From IMG/VR virus record IMGVR_UViG_3300001528_000580, positions 64,001 through 128,000 of that record: 64,000 nucleotides of DNA. One strand, written 5' to 3'. The stretch comes from a virus (taxonomy: Duplodnaviria > Caudoviricetes). The notes beneath the pieces are model-generated. The model did no database searches and was not told where the DNA came from. It was given only the letters and a program-made list of their open reading frames with translations. The position numbers and the translations under genes are program-made. Shown here in pieces: positions 21,051 to 28,422 of the stretch (positions are counted from its first letter, which is position 1; each line of letters opens with the position of its first letter).

Positions 21051-21506
21051 TTAAACAAGTTGATCTAATACTGCAAAAAGTACTAAATTATCTACTTTTG
21101 GAAATCTTTCTTTCAAAAGTTCGCAACAATCATAATAGGAAATTTCATGAGCTTGATATTGCGAATAAAATCTTTTACTTTTATCATAAATGCAAGAATA
21201 CAACATAATATTTCTTTCTTGAAGTTCAGTAATTACCATTTGGTAAAACATTTTCCTTGCAATATCATAGCAAAAATTATCTATTGTTTGTGTATTACAA
21301 TCCAATACTTTTGACATTTGATTTTTATATTCTTCTGAAATTTTTTCTTTTAACTCAAGAAGAACTGTAAATTCTTTTTCATGTTGTTCAAAACAATCAA
21401 AGGAATGAATTGCTACTGTACTTTTTTTAGAAAGAGTAGTTTCATATCTTGTATTAAAGATATCTGTATCATTATTCAAGACATCAGCAATGGTGTTGAA
21501 ACTCAT
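21051..21506 (-). CDS. hypothetical protein
   Basis: ORF, RBS and - strand promoter. Confidence 0.7.
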   Translation of the reverse strand: MSFNTIADVLNNDTDIFNTRYETTLSKKSTVAIHSFDCFEQHEKEFTVLLELKEKISEEYKNQMSKVLDCNTQTIDNFCYDIARKMFYQMVITELQERNIMLYSCIYDKSKRFYSQYQAHEISYYDCCELLKERFPKVDNLVLFAVLDQLV

Positions 21507-21976
21507 TTAAAACATTCCTTGTTCTTTAAGGTTGATATTATTATGTTCATGTTTTCCAATATAGCATATTTTTTTGAAATGTCAATATATCATTTTAAAA
21601 TCTATTAAGTTTTTTTGTTATTCATTTAAAGCGATTATAAGGCTCACATAGTTTGTGTGCATATATACACTGGTATTTTTAAATAACATGGCTGTATTTT
21701 CACGGAAATGCCTTTATTTCCTTTCCTATAATATAAAGAACGATTGTGTTTTATGTTTATGGATGACATGAAATAAATTTATCTGATAGTAGATGAATCA
21801 TTTTTAAATCTATAGCAAGAATGAATCGGATTCATTCTACAGGTCAAAATTTGAATTCGTTTCAATCTCAAGGGTCAAAATGAATCAGATTCATTTATAG
21901 AAAAAATAGGTGGAATGTATTTGATTTTTTCTATAAACATGTTATGTTATATAAAAACTATAAGGATATAAGAAAA

Positions 21977-22327
21977 ATGAAAGCTCCATATTATTCATGT
22001 GCATGTGGAAATTGTGATTTTTATAATTTTGCATTAAAAAAATGTATGAAACATGACTTTGATATTAATCCTTGTTATAATTGTTGTCCAGATTTTCAAA
22101 GACTCCGTGTTAAAGTAGGAGATAAAATCAAATTTGAATGGATGGGAGATATTGTAGAACAAACTGTTGTGAAAATTCATCCTTTTTTGGATTCAGAACG
22201 TTACGAAGTTGAATTTCCTGTCAAAAATGTAGCTCATCATAAAGTTTCTCCTGCTTCTATTATTATTGATCCTAATGATAACAGAAGATATACTAATGTC
22301 ACAGTTATTTGGACAGAAAAATCATAA
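21977..22327 (+). CDS. Cys-rich hypothetical protein
   Basis: CGNC...C...CC motif. Confidence 0.7.
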   Translation: MKAPYYSCACGNCDFYNFALKKCMKHDFDINPCYNCCPDFQRLRVKVGDKIKFEWMGDIVEQTVVKIHPFLDSERYEVEFPVKNVAHHKVSPASIIIDPNDNRRYTNVTVIWTEKS

Positions 22328-22498
22328 ATTTTTTTCAAAATTGAACTTGAAAAACCAAAATCATGTGTTATATTAAGTTTTGTTGACAGAGAAAAGCAGT
22401 TGTGAAAACAATACATATCAAAGTCAATAAAAAAAATGAAAAAAAGTTCTGAATTGAACTTGAAAAAAACAAAACTCGATGTATATTGAGTAATGTGA

Positions 22499-22525
22499 CA
22501 GGGAAAACCTGATGCTGATTGAAAA
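22499..22525 (+). promoter_or_regulatory. boxB-like hairpin plus boxA-like antitermination leader (duplicated at 24461-24486)
   Basis: CAGG-GAAA(A)-CCTG then TGCTGATTGAAAA directly after promoters. Confidence 0.55.
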
Positions 22526-22531
22526 AAATTA

Positions 22532-22778
22532 AACTTATGAGCGGTAGGCTTAGAAGTAGCCATCCGATAATGAGTGAAAGGAACCACCAATTAGTGCAAA
22601 ATGTCAAGAAATATCTAATGGTTCAATTATAAACGACTTAGAATCGATAAACTTGATTCAAGGTATATGTTGATGATGTGCATTTGGTAAAATGGGAATA
22701 AGCATGGTTAATGACCATCACCCAGATTAGATAATACTATGGGGTCGCTTTCTTTGGTGTAATAACACATCATAAGTT
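22532..22778 (+). ncRNA. 23S rRNA H43/H44 (GAC, uL11-site) mimic RNA, copy 1
   Basis: GGTAGGCTTAGAAGTAGCCATCC...GAGT-[insert]-GTGTAATAACACA, closed by aacttatga/tcataagtt. Confidence 0.8.
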
Positions 22779-22800
22779 CTTTTTTATAAATGCTGTTTGA

Positions 22801-22819
22801 AATTTCTACTTATGTAGAT
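22801..22819 (+). CRISPR. solitary Cas12a-type repeat handle
   Basis: AATTTCTACTTATGTAGAT. Confidence 0.8.
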
Positions 22820-22931
22820 AAAATTATTAGAATGTCAAAACTTTTAATTTGTGAAATTTTGTGAGTTGGACTATTATTGTTATAACTCAATAATGAAAAT
22901 AGTAACAAATGAACCGACAAGTTGAATATAA

Positions 22932-23016
22932 CATGTCGATGAAAGTATCTTGCGAGTGTGGTTTGGTGACACCTTCTGCGAGTATTTCGTGGAGATAGAG
23001 GTTCGATTCCTACATG
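22932..23016 (+). ncRNA. tRNA-like element (T-arm plus long irregular stem)
   Basis: AGG-TTCGATT-CCT T-loop, catgt/acatg closing stem. Confidence 0.4.
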
Positions 23017-23143
23017 AAAAATCGAAAGTATTGTGATAGCAATTATAATTTGCTAATGTCTTCGGACGATCATTAAGTTGAGGCGCATAAATACTTAATG
23101 ATGATAATGTCACTATCACGGCATTCTTTTTTTAGATTTAAAT

Positions 23144-23219
23144 GGACCGTTAGCTCAGTGGTTAGAGCAGGAAACTCATAATTTCTTGGTCGGGGGTTCA
23201 AGTCCCTCACGGTCCACCA
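23144..23219 (+). tRNA. tRNA-CAT (probably Ile2; elongator Met possible)
   Basis: Cloverleaf, CTCATAA loop, G1-C72, CCA. Confidence 0.93.
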
Positions 23220-23487
23220 TTTAAAATTCCCATCTACTCGATGTAAAGAGTCGGCAAAACATCTAACGCCGTTAAATTGATGTGTTTTCCTCAAGGCTAA
23301 CGAGGTTTTTTACCAACAGTTTTTAAAATTAAAACGGTTGGCTCTGATGAGATGGGTTATAAACCTAATTGGTGAGTAACCGAAACATAAAGGTACAGTC
23401 TTTACCTTTAGTGATGGTAAAACATAGACACAATTTTGACGTTAATCATGTTAGCGTTGCTCCATGCTATTAGCTAGTCATGAGTTA

Positions 23488-23549
23488 TGGATGCTGTTGG
23501 TTAGTAGGAGCGCAATTAGCTCTGACGGGGTTCAACTCCCTGCAATCCA
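23488..23549 (+). ncRNA. tRNA-like mini RNA lacking a D-stem
   Basis: tggat/atcca, gagc/gctc hairpin, GACGGGGTTCAACTCCCTG T-arm. Confidence 0.4.
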
Positions 23550-23609
23550 GTTTCTTCAAGTGGTTGCAAACTCTTGAAGATGCTCTTGAGCATTGAGCAA
23601 AAGCGAAAG

Positions 23610-23646
23610 CAACATAGATGACAGCTTGGAAAGACAAGCGATTATG
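23610..23646 (+). ncRNA. possible C4-antisense-like hairpin
   Basis: TGACAGCTTGGAAAGACAAGC resembles the GACAGCnnGGAAAGACnnGC motif (recalled, not searched). Confidence 0.35.
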
Positions 23647-23652
23647 ATTTTT

Positions 23653-23711
23653 AGTCAGAGGGCATTGGTCAAGACCAATCGATTACGTGGTGTAGTGAAG
23701 CATATCTGACT
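23653..23711 (+). ncRNA. permuted tRNA-like element (T-arm, mini acceptor loop, D-arm)
   Basis: agtcaga/tctgact closes attgg-tcaaga-ccaat, cg-atta-cg, TG-GTGT-AGTGAA-GCAT. Confidence 0.5.
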
Positions 23712-23844
23712 TTTGTTTTCCAAATTTTTCTCTCTTTTTGGTTGGCTAGTAGATAAATATTTATCTACTAGCTTTTTTATTTTCAAACTATTGAATTTAT
23801 TGTATATTGTGTTATATTATATTAAATTCATACAAGGAAAAATA

Positions 23845-24393
23845 ATGCGTAGAAAAGAAATACATAAACCAGATCATCCAAATGCATATAAAAATGGTAA
23901 TATTTTAGAATATGTTTATATTGCATCAAAAAAATTAAATAGACCATTATTGAAAGGTGAGATTGTTCATCATATAGATGAAAATCCATTTAATAATGAT
24001 GAAGATAACCTAATGGTATTTGCTACAAAATCAGATCATAATAAATTTCATGCAAATGGACTTGATTTTAACATAGTTGAAAAATTAAGTAATGGTTCTT
24101 ATAAAATAAAAGATGATGTTATGCTAATAAGTAGCAAAGAATTTATTTGTGAATATTGTCATAAGAGATTTATTGCAGAAAAAATAAATCATAAGAAAAA
24201 TAAAATATATTGTTCAATTGAATGTTCAAATAAAGATAAAGAAAAGTTCGATATTCCAATTGAACAATTAAAAGAACTAGTTAAAACATATAATTTAACC
24301 AAAATAGGAAAAATGTTTGGTGTTTCTGACAATGCAATCAGGAAAAGATGTATTAAAAATAACATCGATTTTAAAAATAAGAAAAAATCATAA
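23845..24393 (+). CDS. HNH homing-type endonuclease with Zn finger and C-terminal HTH
   Basis: VHHIDENPFNN..NL..H, CEYC/CSIEC, GVSDNAIRK. Confidence 0.85.
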   Translation: MRRKEIHKPDHPNAYKNGNILEYVYIASKKLNRPLLKGEIVHHIDENPFNNDEDNLMVFATKSDHNKFHANGLDFNIVEKLSNGSYKIKDDVMLISSKEFICEYCHKRFIAEKINHKKNKIYCSIECSNKDKEKFDIPIEQLKELVKTYNLTKIGKMFGVSDNAIRKRCIKNNIDFKNKKKS

Positions 24394-24491
24394 AAAAATT
24401 CAATTTTTTTATTTTGGGAGCTTGAAAAAAACAATATTTGGTGTATATTAAGTATTGTAACAGGGAAACCTGATGCTATTTGAAAAATTAT

Positions 24492-24569
24492 AGAGGTGCT
24501 TGGAAAAACTTTCAACGAGTAGACTTTTAATCTAAATACGTGCAAACAGGTTTTTTCGCTTATTCCTCT
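24492..24569 (+). ncRNA. scaffold RNA displaying a tRNA-Lys(UUU)-like anticodon arm
   Basis: agagg/cctct scaffold shared with 26105-26244; taga-CTTTTAA-tcta. Confidence 0.6.
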
Positions 24570-24657
24570 TTTTTTCAAATATTTTTAAAAATAATACTTG
24601 AAAAAATCAATATTAGGTGTATATTAAGTATTGTAATAGGGAGACATGATATTTGAA

Positions 24658-24725
24658 AATTTCTACTTATGTAGATAAACAAGGAAAACTTGAGGTTGAT
24701 TAAAAAAATTTCTACTTATGTAGAT
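24658..24725 (+). CRISPR. Cas12a-type mini-array: handle, 30 nt, handle
   Basis: AATTTCTACTTATGTAGAT at 24658-24676 and 24707-24725, just after a promoter. Confidence 0.8.
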
Positions 24726-24988
24726 AAACATTAGAAACAAATGGTGAAAAGCCGTCAGGAATCTACCCATCACGCACCATGATTAGTGATGTGGTTTACT
24801 GAAAACGAGGTACGAAAGAACAGAGTCTTTTTGAGTATATCTCATAAGCTATAGCGTACAACGAGGCGATGCTAGTGAAATGCAATAAAAGTAGCGGTCA
24901 TGGTACAACCTGCATAGGATGTGGAGTAGACTGAAATATATCAGCTACGTATCAAGAAATTGATTAAACATGTAATTTCTAATGTTTT
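24726..24988 (+). ncRNA. about 260-nt multibranched structured RNA
   Basis: aaacattagaaa/tttctaatgttt closing stem; tcag-tctac/gtaga-ctga and accatga/tcatggt inner stems; no ORF. Confidence 0.6.
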
Positions 24989-25330
24989 TTGCTCTTATGA
25001 GCTGATGGACTTGTACTCAATTGCAACTTAACATTATTCATAATGTTGATGTAAAAGGTCTGACGTACAGTACCTAAAATAAAGTAATGACCTGCCTAGA
25101 TTGAAGCACTAGAAACTTATGCTTCACAGCTTTATGTCGATATTGAGCTGTTTATCCGTAGGATAAAAAATAATCGGTAATCCAAGATGTAATTCTTAGC
25201 ATTGCAAGCATACTAAGTGAGGATTTAAAACATTAATAACTTGATGCTGATAGGTAAGCTATCACTTTTTCAAGATTTTTTTATATTTATCATATATGTG
25301 TAAAATATAAATAATGTTGATTGAAAATTT

Positions 25331-25622
25331 TGTCAAAAGTTGAAATGTTGGATTAGAGGCATCCATCATCTAAGGAGTAACCCACGACATTGAACATTGC
25401 AACTGTAATCACTGATACTTAAAAAGGAAACACTTACAATAAACCAGTGAGCCATAATTAACTGAATAATGACAAAAACTGTTAGGTTGGTATAAGTGAT
25501 AACTTTAAAAGAATGTGATATGCTTACATGTCCTAATTCAGTAGGAAGGTTCGATGGCTAACGAGGAGCATGAGATTACATGCTGAAAGGTTTTTGGCAT
25601 AAAAGCACATCAAGTTTTGACA
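25331..25622 (+). ncRNA. 23S rRNA H43/H44 mimic RNA, copy 2
   Basis: ATGTTGGATTAGAGGCATCCATCATCTAAGGAGT-[insert]-GCATAAAAGCACA, closed by tgtcaaaagttga/tcaagttttgaca. Confidence 0.8.
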
Positions 25623-25649
25623 TTTTTATTCATACAATATAATTGTATA

Positions 25650-25761
25650 GCTATCATGCTAGCTAACTCGTGATACATCAGTGGTTAAAAGGAGCTGTAT
25701 ATCACTGAAAGAGTTTGAACTTACAGCTTGAAAAACTTGATCATGATTGTGGTGCGATAGT
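25650..25761 (+). ncRNA. pseudoknotted ncRNA
   Basis: cagtggt/atcactg interleaved with agctgta/tacagct. Confidence 0.45.
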
Positions 25762-26104
25762 TTTTCTTCTTGACCCACACATGGAGTTGGTTAGCTACCA
25801 ATACTCCATGATTTTTATGAAAAAAGTTCAGAAATGAGCTTGAAAATAAAAAAATCAATGCTATATTATAGTATTGAAAGAAAAAAATAGACGATAGCAT
25901 GGAGACGTTTTTCTTGAAATAAAGAAAAATTTAGACAATGCAACTAACTTGAAAATTTGATGGTTCAATCAAGTTACGGAGCTATTCTGAAAGAGATAGC
26001 AATTATTATCAGAAATCATTTAGCTTATGGATGTGAAAGCTATGAACTTATGTTCTAAAGTATGTCAAAGAGATATATAATCATTTTTGCTGATTGAAAA
26101 TTAT

Positions 26105-26244
26105 AGAGGTGGCATAAAAACGTTCAACGCTGATAACGTCGAGGCTGTAGGTTCGAGTCCTATTATTATAGATAGATAATATCAAACTATAATATAGCTC
26201 AATTGGGTAGAGCACGTAAAAAATGTTTTTATAGTAATTCCTCT
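26105..26244 (+). ncRNA. circularly permuted tRNA-Ile(GAT)-like RNA (YrlA-like topology) in shared scaffold
   Basis: Order is anticodon loop, T-arm, acceptor hairpin, D-arm; all arms pair. Confidence 0.75.
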
Positions 26245-26258
26245 TTTTATAAATTCAT

Positions 26259-26347
26259 GTCTGGGTATGCGAATTGGCATAGCAAATTGACTTAAAATCA
26301 ATTGTATTCCGAAAGGTATGAGGGTTCGAGTCCCTCCCCAGATACCA
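26259..26347 (+). tRNA. tRNA-Leu(TAA)
   Basis: Cloverleaf with long variable arm, CTTAAAA loop, CCA. Confidence 0.93.
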
Positions 26348-26492
26348 TTTTTACCCAAGAGATTAAATAAAAAATAATCTCTTGGGTTTTTTTATGTATT
26401 TTTCTTAAATTAACGGTTCGAGTCCAGTTTTAATATTTTTTTATATTTTCTTTTATATGAAAAATTTTAATATGAAAGGAAGATATTAAAAA

Positions 26493-27467
26493 ATGACTAA
26501 ATATACTTTAGATGAATTTAGAGATGCAGTAGCTAACAGCAATAATATAAGACAAGTATGTTTAAAATTAAATATATCAGCTTATGGTGGTAGTTATGAA
26601 TATATAAAAAGAAAAATAAAAAAATATAATATTGATACAAGCCATTTTAATAAAAAATCAACAAAAAGAATTACTTGTTTTTCATTACCATTAGATATAA
26701 TTTTAGTCAAGGGAAGTTTTTATACAAATACATCTGTTTTAAAAAATAGATTAATTGCAAATGGAATATTAGAAAACAAATGTTATAGTTGTCAAAGGAC
26801 AAAGTGTGAAATTAATGGAAAAATGATAAATATGCCATTAGAATTACATCATATTGATGGTGACAGAAACAATAATGAAATAGAAAATTTAACTTTATTA
26901 TGTCCAATATGCCATAATTTGACTACTAATTTCAGGGGAAAGAAAAAAGTTAAAAAATTGTATATGTATTGTAAAAAATGTCATAAAGAAATTAGACAAA
27001 ATAAGTATGAATTATGTAAAGATTGTTATGTTGAAGAAAATTATCCAAGAGAAACAAAAGTATATCCAGCGTTTTGTTCAGAATGTGGAAGAGAACTTAA
27101 TAAATCAAAATCAGGATTATGTAGATCGTGTATTAATAAGAAAATGACTACACTTAATAAACCAAGTAAAGAAGTATTAGAAAAAGAGATACAAGAGAAT
27201 AGCTTTCTAGCATTAGGAAGAAAATATGGAGTTTCAGATAATGCTGTTAGAAAATGGTGCAAACAATATGGTATTGATTTTAAACATGGAATAAGAAAAG
27301 AATCTTTACAAGGATTAAAAAAAGGCAGAGAAACTCAAGCATATCAAGCAAAATTAAAAAGAATATGTCCTAAATGTGGGAAAAAGAAATCACCAGATTC
27401 AGAATTGTGTAGAACATGTTATTTAGAAGAAGAATTAAAGAAAAAACAAGCAACATATTTAAATTAA
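26493..27467 (+). CDS. HNH endonuclease with multiple Zn fingers and HTH
   Basis: LELHHIDGDRNNNEIENLTLLCPICH, CxxC pairs, GVSDNAVRKW. Confidence 0.88.
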   Translation: MTKYTLDEFRDAVANSNNIRQVCLKLNISAYGGSYEYIKRKIKKYNIDTSHFNKKSTKRITCFSLPLDIILVKGSFYTNTSVLKNRLIANGILENKCYSCQRTKCEINGKMINMPLELHHIDGDRNNNEIENLTLLCPICHNLTTNFRGKKKVKKLYMYCKKCHKEIRQNKYELCKDCYVEENYPRETKVYPAFCSECGRELNKSKSGLCRSCINKKMTTLNKPSKEVLEKEIQENSFLALGRKYGVSDNAVRKWCKQYGIDFKHGIRKESLQGLKKGRETQAYQAKLKRICPKCGKKKSPDSELCRTCYLEEELKKKQATYLN

Positions 27468-27541
27468 TTTAAACAATTATAAGTTATAGATATTATATTA
27501 ATATAACTATTAATAACTTATTTATTATAAGGATAAAAATA

Positions 27542-28114
27542 ATGTTAGATGATAATAAATTATACTGTATACAATGTGGTAAAGAAAGAGAATTAGGAAG
27601 AAGATATTGTAAAGAATGTCATAAAAAAGTTCAAAGAGAAAGATTCAGAGAAAAATATAAAACTAAAGGAAGATATAGATATACTATTACTTGTATGTTT
27701 TGTAATGAATTATATAATTTAGCGGTAAGAAAAGATCAAAAGTTTTGCGAAAATTGTTGGAAAGAGAGATTACAATTTATAACTAAATATCATTCGACAA
27801 ATCAATATGAAAATAAGTTTGGTCAAAATAAACATAGACAAATTGTAGAATCAATATTGAATAGAAAGTTGTTTTATAATGAAGTAGTTCATCATTTAGA
27901 TCATAATCCAATTAATAATTCTATTGATAATATTATAGTTTTAGAAAGAAAGGATCATATGGCATTACATAATTATTTATATGATTATGAATTTAAATTA
28001 TATAAATTACATGGAAAACAGTATAAAGAATATTGGAATGGAACAATAGAAAAAGATGTTACATTAAAATATCTTAATGAAAATAAAATAAATTATATTT
28101 CTTTTGAAAACTAA
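27542..28114 (+). CDS. HNH endonuclease with N-terminal Zn fingers
   Basis: HRQIVE...VVHHLDHNPINN..N...H. Confidence 0.85.
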   Translation: MLDDNKLYCIQCGKERELGRRYCKECHKKVQRERFREKYKTKGRYRYTITCMFCNELYNLAVRKDQKFCENCWKERLQFITKYHSTNQYENKFGQNKHRQIVESILNRKLFYNEVVHHLDHNPINNSIDNIIVLERKDHMALHNYLYDYEFKLYKLHGKQYKEYWNGTIEKDVTLKYLNENKINYISFEN

Positions 28115-28324
28115 TTTGACTTTTTATATAATTGTGCTATATTATATATGTTGTTAGAGAAACGTTTTTTAACATCTTCTCCAAAAATCGTGAATTACCT
28201 TTTTCTCTAACAACACTTTTTTTAAAAAAATATTATAATAACACTTGATTTTTTAAAAAATTGATGTATATTATATTTTGTAATAGGAATAACAAACAAA
28301 TTCCTATTGGTTGATTAAAATTTT

Positions 28325-28422
28325 AACCATGTGGTATTAACTATTTCTTTTTGTACGCTTGTTTTTACGGTTTTCCACGAATTGATTTCAAATGAAAAAA
28401 GAAAAAAGAATACCGCATGGTT
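28325..28422 (+). ncRNA. putative long-hairpin sRNA
   Basis: Own promoter and boxA-like leader; aaccatgtggtatt/aataccgcatggtt followed by a U-run. Confidence 0.5.

Noticed and set aside
22831-22843. 13-nt complementarity between the post-handle sequence and 25612-25624 as self-targeting
   Set aside because: Short, AT-rich and not in the handle-proximal seed; compatible with chance or shared stem ancestry.
23344-23460. Hammerhead ribozyme core (CTGATGAG...CGAAAC)
   Set aside because: I could not close stem I or place a valid NUH cleavage triplet next to stem III (it reads GTG). It needs cmsearch and is not supportable by eye.
22532-25622. True rRNA gene or operon
   Set aside because: Only about 50 nt per copy resemble 23S, split by unrelated inserts, with no flanking rRNA sequence.
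22340-26400. Track ORFs in the RNA island (22237-, 22368-, 22880-, 23073-, 24189-)
   Set aside because: They are antisense to promoters, tRNAs and structured RNAs, lack RBSs and are not protein-like.
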